Shown here: positions 38,120 through 47,043 of the stretch, in pieces
Layout: each line of letters begins with the position of its first letter
Position numbering within the stretch: position 1 is the stretch's first letter
Source: a virus
DNA: 64,000 nucleotides
Strand: one strand, 5' to 3'
IMG/VR virus record: IMGVR_UViG_3300037245_001077
Span: 96,001 to 160,000 of that record
Notes under the pieces: model-generated
Database searches by the model: none
Told to the model about the DNA's origin: nothing
What the model saw: only the letters and a program-made list of their open reading frames with translations
Program-made: the position numbers and the translations under genes

Positions 38120-39964
38120 ATGATGGGTATTTATGTATCTCCTGGTGTGTACACTCGGGAAATCGATCTTTCGTTGTACGTACCATCACTGTCTACTACA
38201 ATCGTAGGCATGGTTGGTGTGACAACCAAGGGACCGACTCAAGAACGTACTTACATTTCTAATCAACAGCAGTTTATCGAGGTTTTTGGCCAGCCTGATC
38301 CTGCCGTGGGTGTTGAAGCTTTCTCAGCTTTGCAGTACCTACGACGTGGTCGCCAGCTCTGGTTCGTTCGTGTGGTAGGTGACGCTGCTGCAAAAGCCAC
38401 AGTAACCATGACCTATGGAGATCCTACGCTGGCTGAAACGATCAACACTGACCCCGATGGTATCTTGGTGGCTTTTGCTCACGATGATACAGGTGGTTCG
38501 GTATTCACCAACCTGCCCATTACTCCTGGGTCTATTGACATCACAGCAGTTATTGGTACATCTGATTATCAGATCACTGATGATGGTCTTGGTGCCCTAT
38601 CGGGAACTGGCCCAACTGGTGGAATCACAGGTGCTATCGACTATGTAAATGGTGAGTGGAATATTGCTTTCAACGCATCTGACCCGCCAGATGACCTCTC
38701 AGATCTCATAGCTGATTACAGCGCAGCGGTAGAGGCGTTTGAGGCTGAAGCATTGAGTGAAGGTGAGTGGGGTAACAGCGTTTCGCTTACCGTTTCTGCG
38801 GGTACTGAAGCCAACACCGTACTCCTCGAAGTTTGGTTTGAAGGCATAAAGGTTGAGCGTTTCAACAACGTAGACCTTGATGACACCACTGGAAACGCAC
38901 AGTTTATCGAAACTAAGATCAATGGCGTGTCTGACTTCATTACAGTTACCTTGGACGTTGGTCTTGTTGGTGCCTCTAGTGAGTTGCCCTCGATTACAAC
39001 TACAGCACAGAGCCTAGTTGATGGAGACACTGACGCTTCTGCTATACTAGCCGATAATATCATTGGTGAGGCGTGGAACGTTGGCTTGTCACAATCGACT
39101 GGATTGCAGCTCTTCGCTTCTCCGAGTGCGGTAGACATTAACCTGTTGGCTGCTCCTGGTTGGGCAGACGCGGCAGTGGTCAATGAGTTGCTCCAAATCG
39201 CAGAAGTCCGTGCGGATTGTATGTCGATCATTGACCCGCCAGCGGGTCTGCGTCCTTCCGAGGTTGTAGACTGGCACAATGGTGCAGGTACTTACGCTGG
39301 GCAGCACGCAGCTTTCAATAGCTCCTATGCTGCTTTGTACTACCCGTGGGTCAAGGTGTACGACGCTTATAACGGCACATACGTTTGGACGCCTCCGTCC
39401 GGTCACGTGCTGGCTGTGTACGCCTACAGCGACTACACTACTGAGACTTGGTTCGCTCCAGCCGGTTTGAACCGTGGTCGTGTGATTTCGGGTGTTGACA
39501 TCGCGTATGACCCGACTCCGGGTGAGTTTGATCTGATGTACGGTGACGGTAACGCGGTCAACGGTATTGCACGCTTCACAAAGGACGGCTTGGTTGTTTG
39601 GGGCCAACGTACCCTACAACGTAAGCCTAGCGCACTCGACCGTGTGAACGTTCGTCGTCTTCTCTTGTATCTCCACAAGGTTATTTCGACCTCAGTTCGT
39701 TACCTTGTGTTCGAGCCGAACGATGAAAAGACTTGGAAGCTGTTCGGCCACTTGGTTACCCCGTATCTTAACGATGTCCGTCAGCGTCGTGGGCTGTATG
39801 ACTTCCGTGTAAAGTGCGATGAAAGCACTAATACCCCTGCGGTTATTGACCGGAATGAAATGCACGCACAGATCTTCCTGAAGCCCGTAAAGGCTGCTGA
39901 GTTCATCCAGGTGGATCTCGTGATTACTGCAACCGGTGCGAACTTTGACGAAGTACTTTACTAG
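38120..39964 (+). CDS. contractile tail sheath protein
   Basis: YVSPGVYTREIDLS, YAALYYPW, PPSG, WFAPAGLNRG, VWGQRTL, RVNVRRL, VFEPND and KPVKAAEFI motifs. Confidence 0.96.
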   Translation: MMGIYVSPGVYTREIDLSLYVPSLSTTIVGMVGVTTKGPTQERTYISNQQQFIEVFGQPDPAVGVEAFSALQYLRRGRQLWFVRVVGDAAAKATVTMTYGDPTLAETINTDPDGILVAFAHDDTGGSVFTNLPITPGSIDITAVIGTSDYQITDDGLGALSGTGPTGGITGAIDYVNGEWNIAFNASDPPDDLSDLIADYSAAVEAFEAEALSEGEWGNSVSLTVSAGTEANTVLLEVWFEGIKVERFNNVDLDDTTGNAQFIETKINGVSDFITVTLDVGLVGASSELPSITTTAQSLVDGDTDASAILADNIIGEAWNVGLSQSTGLQLFASPSAVDINLLAAPGWADAAVVNELLQIAEVRADCMSIIDPPAGLRPSEVVDWHNGAGTYAGQHAAFNSSYAALYYPWVKVYDAYNGTYVWTPPSGHVLAVYAYSDYTTETWFAPAGLNRGRVISGVDIAYDPTPGEFDLMYGDGNAVNGIARFTKDGLVVWGQRTLQRKPSALDRVNVRRLLLYLHKVISTSVRYLVFEPNDEKTWKLFGHLVTPYLNDVRQRRGLYDFRVKCDESTNTPAVIDRNEMHAQIFLKPVKAAEFIQVDLVITATGANFDEVLY

Positions 39965-39974
39965 GAGTTAAAAA

Positions 39975-40433
39975 ATGAGAGATAAGATTGTTAAAGTTAG
40001 TGATAAAGTGAAGGGCTTGCGTTCCCGGTCTAAGCGAAATATTGCGGGTTTTAAACAAGCCGCGAAAGAGTACGGTAAGGCTAAATACCCTGTTAGTCGT
40101 AAAGAGGGATTCAAAGCTGGAGGCCGTTTCTATAAAGAGTTGGCCAAAGGTTCTGCTAGTGGGTTAAAGGCCGGGGTTAAAGGTGCTCATGCAACGGGTA
40201 AAGCGATGAAAGCTAAGTACCGTAAAGGTTTTAAAAAGGCCGGTGGGGAGTATCACACTTGGGCGAAAAGTAAAGGTGGTCGCAGTCTTCCTCGTCGATT
40301 GGTTCTTTCAAAAAGTGAAAGAGCAAATATGAAGGGTAAGAAAAAAGCTATGTTCAAGGCTGCTTTTGCCCAACACGAAGTCACCCGTGAAGAAGTTATC
40401 GCTGCTCTCGTAGAAGTTTTTATGAGCGAGTAA
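39975..40433 (+). CDS. Lys-rich basic protein with acidic C-terminal tag
   Basis: K/G/A-rich; ends HEVTREEVIAALVEVFMSE. Confidence 0.7.
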   Translation: MRDKIVKVSDKVKGLRSRSKRNIAGFKQAAKEYGKAKYPVSRKEGFKAGGRFYKELAKGSASGLKAGVKGAHATGKAMKAKYRKGFKKAGGEYHTWAKSKGGRSLPRRLVLSKSERANMKGKKKAMFKAAFAQHEVTREEVIAALVEVFMSE

Positions 40434-41635
40434 TGACTCGGGCAGAACTTCTCCACGAAGGTGGTCTTTATAAGGCTGCTTTTCGCTACGGAAGACGTAA
40501 GGTCCGTGGTGCGGGTGGTGGTGCTTGGCACTATGCTCAGACTACTAAGCGTGATGCTAAGCGTATGGTTAAAGCCCATAGGGTATTGAAAAGAGGGGCA
40601 CTTAAAACTGCCGCTCTCCGGCAAATGTTGGGTACGGATAAGAAAAGAAAATTACGTGGTATTACACACGCAATTACAAGCAAAGCTCAAATGCGTACTC
40701 TAAAGGCTGCGTCTGATCGTCACACGAAAACTATGGGGCGAGCAGCAACTATACGTGATACGGCTGTAGGTCGCAATGCTGTGCGGGTAGGGGCTGTAGC
40801 TTTAGGTGCTAGTGCTCTTTATTATGCTGGGGTTAAAACCTATCGTATGAAGAAGCGGCAAGCTCAAGAGCGCCCTCAATTTAGTAGTTATGATGTGTAC
40901 CCTCAACTAAGCCATTCAGCGGCACGGCAACAAGTACACAACCGTCCAGTTTACTATGATGATCGTGATGTTGGTGGTGGCCCGCCTAGGGTGGAGGATA
41001 TGAACATGATTAGAGAAGAACTAATTGAAATGATGAGTATAGGTGCTTTGGCCAAACGCTCAAAGAGTAATGTGGTTGGCAAGTACAGAGAGATTGGTGG
41101 CATTAAAGGTATGCCTCGTACCTCTAAAAGAAATATGGCTCGGACTTTTACGTCGCTTGACACAAAACGTAAGAAACGAAACAAAAAAAGAATAGCTAGT
41201 TTTGATAGGGCTGCTAAAGCGGCTACTAAAGGCAAGTATCGCAAGACCTATTCTTCTGCCATAGACCGTGCTGATCGACGGGGTAAAAAGATACACCTTG
41301 GAATAGGAGCAGGACTAGCTGCAACTGGGTCTCCAGTTGCTGGAGCTGCGATTGGTGCTTCTGGATTAATACCTTACCATCGTAAAAGTATAAAAGCGAT
41401 GGAACGCCATGTGCAGGGCGTCAAAGCTGTTAAAAAGCAGATACATAAAGAGAAGAAGCGAGCTGATTCGGCTAAATACTTTAGTAAAGAGTATGTGCCT
41501 GCCTGGAACAAGGGACACGAAAAGTCGCCCGTGGTTAAGGGCTACCGAAAAATGGCCAAAAAAATCAAGCGAATGGGCGAAGAAGAAAGAAATCAACTTG
41601 TGGATATGGTATTCGAGGCTCTTCTTCGAGGGTAA
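40433..41635 (+). CDS. basic protein, apparent fusion of two paralogous units
   Basis: MTRAELLHE leader; internal GGAGG plus ATG 41006 giving MIREELIE; two Gly/Ala-rich hydrophobic segments. Confidence 0.7.
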   Translation: MTRAELLHEGGLYKAAFRYGRRKVRGAGGGAWHYAQTTKRDAKRMVKAHRVLKRGALKTAALRQMLGTDKKRKLRGITHAITSKAQMRTLKAASDRHTKTMGRAATIRDTAVGRNAVRVGAVALGASALYYAGVKTYRMKKRQAQERPQFSSYDVYPQLSHSAARQQVHNRPVYYDDRDVGGGPPRVEDMNMIREELIEMMSIGALAKRSKSNVVGKYREIGGIKGMPRTSKRNMARTFTSLDTKRKKRNKKRIASFDRAAKAATKGKYRKTYSSAIDRADRRGKKIHLGIGAGLAATGSPVAGAAIGASGLIPYHRKSIKAMERHVQGVKAVKKQIHKEKKRADSAKYFSKEYVPAWNKGHEKSPVVKGYRKMAKKIKRMGEEERNQLVDMVFEALLRG

Positions 41636-41682
41636 GCCCTTGGGAGTCTTTATTTGATGGATCGTGATAGGAGGATTTTAAC

Positions 41683-42222
41683 ATGCCGTATTGGGAACCA
41701 ATCGGATCGGATCTTTTAGGCGCAAAGCACATCGCCAACTCTGGTGGTGGCTATGAGCCGCAGCGTGGGCATAACTTTGAGCTTCTCATCTCAGTTCCCA
41801 ATGGTGACGCAGAAATTCTGCTAAAATCTGTTGAGACCTCGTTGGGTATCAGCCACAATAGTGAACCTCTTGCGCTGCCTTACATGAACGAGACCGTGTA
41901 CATCGCCGGTCGTCCGCTGTACGCTCCTGGTCCTGTGGTCTATCGTGACATGGTGAACATGGGTGTTTACGGAATGATCGAGTCGTGGTACAACTTGGTC
42001 TATAACCCCTTTACCTCTGAGATCGGTTACGCAGCCGATTACAAGAGCATGGGCACCTTAACCATGTACGATGTCAAGGGTATAATTGCTCGTTCTTGGG
42101 AGCTTATCGGCATTTGGCCGCAAGACATTTCCCAGGAAGCCCCGTCCGCAGTCAATGGCGACATTATGCGCCTTAATGTGACGTTCCAGTTTGATAAAGC
42201 TGTACCGTTGTTTATCGTGTAA
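41683..42222 (+). CDS. tail tube protein (gp19-like)
   Basis: EPQRGHNFEL, YIAGRP, GYAADYK and W.L.GIWP....VTFQFDKA motifs. Confidence 0.88.
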   Translation: MPYWEPIGSDLLGAKHIANSGGGYEPQRGHNFELLISVPNGDAEILLKSVETSLGISHNSEPLALPYMNETVYIAGRPLYAPGPVVYRDMVNMGVYGMIESWYNLVYNPFTSEIGYAADYKSMGTLTMYDVKGIIARSWELIGIWPQDISQEAPSAVNGDIMRLNVTFQFDKAVPLFIV

Positions 42223-42262
42223 ATATTAGTTTTTGCTAAGAATATCTCTTTATAAGACCTTT

Positions 42263-42303
42263 CAGCCTGCCTTGCATCTTTTATGAGGGCAGGCTGTATT
42301 TTT
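42263..42303 (+). terminator. terminator after the tube gene
   Basis: CAGCCTGCCTT/AGGGCAGGCTG stem followed by TATTTTT. Confidence 0.8.
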
Positions 42304-42337
42304 AGGCCGAAGACGACAACCCAATGAGGAGGATCTA

Positions 42338-43240
42338 ATGGGTGACTTTGAATTCCTAGAACCAATCCCGAAGACGAGTGTAAGCGTTAAGCTTCCTTCA
42401 CGCGGAGTACCTTATCCTAAAGGAAGTCCGATGGAGACTGGTAAGCTCACACTAACTCCAATGACCATGGTTGAAGAAGCCATGGTAACTAATCCGAAGA
42501 CAGCAGGCGGTGATACCGTAGACCGAATTCTTAGACGGTGCATCCAAGAGTCTATTGATGTGAATGTGTTGCTTGGTTCAGACAAGTTCTTCTTGTTTAT
42601 GATGCTCCGGGCAATAACCTATGGCCCTGACTACACTTTCGAGTGGACGTGCCCAGCGATGTTGACACCAACTGATATTTGCAACACCCGGAACACTACT
42701 ACTGTAAGAATCCCTGATGACTTCCAAGTAAAGTATCTGGCGGACGAAGACACAGAACCTTACACCGTTCGACTTCCTGACTGTCAACGTGAGATCTCGT
42801 TCCGGCTGCTTCGTGGGTATGACGAGCCGATTATCGAGGGGCATAGTGCCAAGATCGAGGCGCAAGAGAAGGCAGGCATTCAAATGATGGATACCACTCC
42901 TGTCTTCCGTCTTGTTCGTCAAATTGTTAAGGTGGATGATAAGGATGTCACGGAAGCTCCTGAAGACAAGATGATGGCTTTCGTGCAATCAATTCCTCCC
43001 AAGGACATCCAATTGCTTAAGGGGCGCATGGCTCATTTCACCCCAGGTTTAAGTACAGATATCACCCTGGTCTGTGAGAAGTGCAAGAACGTGCATGAAT
43101 GGGACTTGCCGTTTACGGCGAACTTTTTTCGTGTCATCGATTCGACCACCGGAAGACCAGTTGGCGATGAAGTTCGATCTGATGTACTACCTGGGGATGC
43201 GTCACGAGGAGATAATGAGGATGGACCTAGCGGAGCTTAA
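42338..43240 (+). CDS. tail assembly chaperone / T4 gp26-like baseplate hub protein
   Basis: VKLPSRGVPY, PMTMVEE, DKFFLFMMLRAITYGPDY, Cys pairs and the LPFTANFF motif. Confidence 0.8.
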   Translation: MGDFEFLEPIPKTSVSVKLPSRGVPYPKGSPMETGKLTLTPMTMVEEAMVTNPKTAGGDTVDRILRRCIQESIDVNVLLGSDKFFLFMMLRAITYGPDYTFEWTCPAMLTPTDICNTRNTTTVRIPDDFQVKYLADEDTEPYTVRLPDCQREISFRLLRGYDEPIIEGHSAKIEAQEKAGIQMMDTTPVFRLVRQIVKVDDKDVTEAPEDKMMAFVQSIPPKDIQLLKGRMAHFTPGLSTDITLVCEKCKNVHEWDLPFTANFFRVIDSTTGRPVGDEVRSDVLPGDASRGDNEDGPSGA

Positions 43241-43388
43241 CTTCTATTACGAAAAACTCCGTAAGGTGAAAGCGATTGAAGCTGATCTAGAGAAGTTAAA
43301 GATTGAAGCTACGCTAGCAGCCGCTTCCTCGGGTTCATTAAAGAGACAGTTCGGTGGCGGGGGTAAACCCGACACACTTGAAGGATAA
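43131..43388 (+). CDS. second chaperone ORF (gp51/DUF6760-like), probably reached by frameshift
   Basis: FDLMYYLGMRHEEIMRMDLAELNFYYEKL; in the +1 frame, overlapping after AAC TTT TTT CGT; alternative ATG at 43167 has only a weak RBS. Confidence 0.7.
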   Translation: MSSIRPPEDQLAMKFDLMYYLGMRHEEIMRMDLAELNFYYEKLRKVKAIEADLEKLKIEATLAAASSGSLKRQFGGGGKPDTLEG

Positions 43389-43393
43389 GGAAC

Positions 43394-46066
43394 ATGACCC
43401 CGGATCTTGACCAAAACCTATCGTTAAAAGCGAGTATGCTCGATAAAGTTACCCCGGTTCTTAACAAGATCCAGAAGGGGGTAAAGCAAACTCGTGAAGC
43501 CTTCTCTGAAATGGTGTCCAACACCAAACAAACAGGCGAGGGAGTAGGGCAAGCTACAGGTGATATGGAGACGAAGGTCGTCCAAGACCTAAGCAAGATT
43601 CAAGACGGGCTAAAGACTACCTCTGGCGCATTCGAAGACTTCTCAGGCACAGCCACGTCAAGCTCTGGCAAAGTTGGTAAGGCCATCAAAGATGCTGCCT
43701 ATACCAAGGGAGCTGAAGACCGCTTAAGCGATTTGGACAAAGACCTCGGGAAACTGGACAAGACCTTCAAAGGTATGGCTTCCAGACAGGGATCTATCAG
43801 TGGTAAAGCTCGATCTCTGGCGGCTACAAGCTCGGATAACATCAACAAGAAAGTCATCCCGGCGTTCCAAGAACTTCATGGTACCTTGGACGATTACCCA
43901 GACGTACTAGAGGACATCAACCGACTAGAACAAGACCGGATGCGAATTCTAGAGGATAACCAAGGCGCGTTTTCTAGAATGGCGGGCCGTGTTTCTGAAG
44001 CAGGTGAAGGTCTTAAAGCGGCAAGCGAAGAGTTGAAGTATGGTTTGCGAGACATGGCTGCATTGGTTAATGCAGGCATCTTAGGTACTACGGGTACTCG
44101 TGTTCAAGAAATGCAAACAGGTGCGGCACAAATTGCTGGAGCAGAAGCTTTTGCACAAACGCCTGAAATGCTTAAACGGGCAACGGAAGTAGCTCATACA
44201 ACTATGGAGGTTATTGAACCTTTTGCTATGACTATGCTAGAACTGCAATCAGTTTCTGCTGACACAATGCCTGATCTTATCGCTCAATTCGTAAATCTTT
44301 CAAAAGTAACTGGTGACTCTGGTGATGAGATTGTAGCTCTTCATGACCAACTTACTAATTTAGCTGGGATCAAGGGGGAAGGTTTCCTTGATATCCAAGA
44401 TAATATGAAGTACTTCCAAGAGACTTCCCGTGCTACTTGGGATGATATGTCGGCTGTTATCCAGGGAGCCTCTTCTTCTATGCTGGCTTTCTCTGAGGAT
44501 TCACGAAGAGCATATGCTAAATCTGCTTTAGCCGCTGGTGCTGCTGCAAAGAACATGGGGTTGGCTGCCACTACTCCAGCTCAAGTTATTGAAACTCTAT
44601 TGGATGACCCCAACGCCATGTCTAAGATGCAGGGCCTCATCACCAACTCAGGCCAAAACATAGATATCCAAGCACTTATCGCAGACCCGGAAAAACAAGC
44701 TGAAGCTTTTGACGCTATGATTATTGCCATCAAGAGTCAGTTCGGTGAAATGAACATGATGAACGCCGTTGAGCGTAAAGCTGTTATGGCAATGACGGCT
44801 GGTCTTGGTTTTAACAAAGATGAGCTTCTACGTGTCTTTGAAGGCAAACGGATGACAGGAGAGGGTGAGGGTGGTACTGCTGCTGAAATGGCAGCACAGG
44901 CTGTTGAAGAAGCTCCTGGGACCATTATGGAGAGCGCCGTTGTGATCCGAAAGACTGTAACAGAACAGTTTGAACAAACAATGGGTCTTATGCAGAGTGG
45001 TTTGATTGAACCAGGACGTAAATTAGCTGAGGGTGTAGCAAATGCGGCGGAGATTTTTAACGAAAAAGTATTATCTTCAGCACTTGTACTAGAACGTGTA
45101 CTTGATGCCGAAGCAAGGGCAAGAGGATTACCTACTCCTTCTACTATTTTAGCCGTAGCAGGTATGGAAGAAGTACTAGCGACGGGGATGAAATCTCTTG
45201 GAAAAGCGGGTGCAGCTACAGGAATGGTCCCTGAGGGCATCACAGATATGATGCAGGGATCTGGGTGGGTTGACAAATTGATTATAGGGATTGGTGGTGC
45301 TATTGTTGGCCACAAGCTTATAGCCGGAGAGGGTCTTGAGGGACCAAAATTCTTTGAAACTCCACGTGAAACCATGGAAAACGTAATTTCTAGCCCAGAA
45401 GCAATGGCTAAAGCACAAGGGGCTATTACTGCTTCTGGGCAGAGTGTAGATCTTCAAGCTCTTATTCGTGAGGGTCATGATGCTGAAGCCTTTGCTGCTA
45501 TAACCGCAGCTATAAAAGAACAGTTTGGTGGACTTAACCCACAAGATGCAGTCCAACGTAAAGCCATGAAGGAGATGGGGATACTTCCAGAGAGAGGGGC
45601 AGGGCTAGGGCTAACCTCAGAAGAGCAGATGAAAATATTTGAGGGGGCTAAACCTTCAAAGACAGCACGGGTAATGTCGATGACACCTTTAGCTCCTTTA
45701 GCTCAAGCGGGAAAAACTCTTGGTGCTGTTCCAGATCTTGTAGGTAAAAAAGTAGAATTGCATATGCAAGTATTTAATGCCTTGAAAGAAGGTATCGGAG
45801 AAATCCACGGCATGTATTCAGCCTATCAAGATTTACTTGATACATTTAAAACGTACAAAGAAGACATGAGTAATCTTTCCGAAATTGAAATCAAGGACAA
45901 GCAAGGAGAGAAACGGGCAGAGATCCAAGAACGAATGTTGGCTGAGTTGAAAATTATCGCGGAACAACTTAAACCTTCTGCCCAAGGGACATCTGTTAAA
46001 TCTGCTTACACTCCGGGGGTAGATCGTTCCCGAGAGTATATGGAACTAGACAAAGGATATAGCTAA
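43394..46066 (+). CDS. tape measure protein
   Basis: Long Ala/Gly/Met-rich helical ORF directly after the chaperones; LSLKASMLDKVTPVLNKI N-terminus. Confidence 0.85.
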   Translation: MTPDLDQNLSLKASMLDKVTPVLNKIQKGVKQTREAFSEMVSNTKQTGEGVGQATGDMETKVVQDLSKIQDGLKTTSGAFEDFSGTATSSSGKVGKAIKDAAYTKGAEDRLSDLDKDLGKLDKTFKGMASRQGSISGKARSLAATSSDNINKKVIPAFQELHGTLDDYPDVLEDINRLEQDRMRILEDNQGAFSRMAGRVSEAGEGLKAASEELKYGLRDMAALVNAGILGTTGTRVQEMQTGAAQIAGAEAFAQTPEMLKRATEVAHTTMEVIEPFAMTMLELQSVSADTMPDLIAQFVNLSKVTGDSGDEIVALHDQLTNLAGIKGEGFLDIQDNMKYFQETSRATWDDMSAVIQGASSSMLAFSEDSRRAYAKSALAAGAAAKNMGLAATTPAQVIETLLDDPNAMSKMQGLITNSGQNIDIQALIADPEKQAEAFDAMIIAIKSQFGEMNMMNAVERKAVMAMTAGLGFNKDELLRVFEGKRMTGEGEGGTAAEMAAQAVEEAPGTIMESAVVIRKTVTEQFEQTMGLMQSGLIEPGRKLAEGVANAAEIFNEKVLSSALVLERVLDAEARARGLPTPSTILAVAGMEEVLATGMKSLGKAGAATGMVPEGITDMMQGSGWVDKLIIGIGGAIVGHKLIAGEGLEGPKFFETPRETMENVISSPEAMAKAQGAITASGQSVDLQALIREGHDAEAFAAITAAIKEQFGGLNPQDAVQRKAMKEMGILPERGAGLGLTSEEQMKIFEGAKPSKTARVMSMTPLAPLAQAGKTLGAVPDLVGKKVELHMQVFNALKEGIGEIHGMYSAYQDLLDTFKTYKEDMSNLSEIEIKDKQGEKRAEIQERMLAELKIIAEQLKPSAQGTSVKSAYTPGVDRSREYMELDKGYS

Positions 46067-46674
46067 TGTCTGATTACACAGGTGGACAAAGTGCCGCACG
46101 AGTACTTTCACCAGAAGCTTTTTGTTTTATTTTAGACACGGATAGTGGGGAGCGGGTAGAGTTCCAGCTCATGCCTGAGTCCATTTCAGAGAGTAAATCT
46201 GCGATGTACAATGAGGTGCCTATCATTGGTCGTAGCCTTCCTTTACTGGGATACGCTAACTCAAGCGCACGGACAATGGGGATAGGGTTGAGCTTCGCAG
46301 CTCTATTCGCTGAGGGTAAGTACTCTCCATCTTGGGTTGAGGAACAGGTTCGTTGGCTAGAGTCTAAGGTGTACCCCATTTATGAAGATGGATATGTGTT
46401 CCCCCCACCACGTCTTCTAGTAGTAGTGGGTAAAGCTATTGGGCTACAGTGTATTATGAATTCAGTAAACACTACTTGGCTTGGCCCTTGGTCTGTGGCA
46501 AACCAGGATGCGTATGCTTTTCGTGCTCAAGTAGATATCCAGTTCCAAGAGTATGGGATGAATGAAGACGCAGCCGGTCACCCCTTTGACGCTGATGATG
46601 CTAAAGAAGGTAAGAACCAGAGTTTTGAGCGTGGTGGTGGAACATTCTACGTAGATATCCCGACAGGAGTGTAA
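46066..46674 (+). CDS. tube initiator / baseplate tail-tube protein
   Basis: FQLMPESISESKSAMYNEVPIIGRSLP and YP....PPPRLLV motifs. Confidence 0.75.
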   Translation: MSDYTGGQSAARVLSPEAFCFILDTDSGERVEFQLMPESISESKSAMYNEVPIIGRSLPLLGYANSSARTMGIGLSFAALFAEGKYSPSWVEEQVRWLESKVYPIYEDGYVFPPPRLLVVVGKAIGLQCIMNSVNTTWLGPWSVANQDAYAFRAQVDIQFQEYGMNEDAAGHPFDADDAKEGKNQSFERGGGTFYVDIPTGV

Positions 46675-46675
46675 G

Positions 46676-47035
46676 ATGCCAATCGTTAAAACGCTGTTAG
46701 AGCCTCTACGCCATGGACAGCTCCCTAGAGGGGCACAGAGCATACCTAGACGTTACTACAAGTCCTGGGGCTACCAGGACGACGAGAAGAGGTACTTCAT
46801 GGGTACCTTCCCTCCTCCGGCTATAGTCCCTCACCAGAGTGACAGACTATACGTGGTGGAGGCTGGAGACATTCCACGACCAGACTTGATCAGTTACAAG
46901 CTTCTTAAAGACCCGGCCTATTTCTGGGTTATTTTGTGGTTAAACGGGATTTCTGATCCGTTTGAGGGGATCTATCCAGGTATGACTCTACGTGTTCCTA
47001 CGTCGCGCAGATTAGCTGAATTCGGTATCAAATAG
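46676..47035 (+). CDS. LysM-like baseplate wedge protein (gp53 / gpX-like)
   Basis: RPDLISYKLLKDPAYFWVILWLNGISDPFEGIYPGMTLRVP. Confidence 0.85.
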   Translation: MPIVKTLLEPLRHGQLPRGAQSIPRRYYKSWGYQDDEKRYFMGTFPPPAIVPHQSDRLYVVEAGDIPRPDLISYKLLKDPAYFWVILWLNGISDPFEGIYPGMTLRVPTSRRLAEFGIK

Positions 47036-47043
47036 GGGGACAA

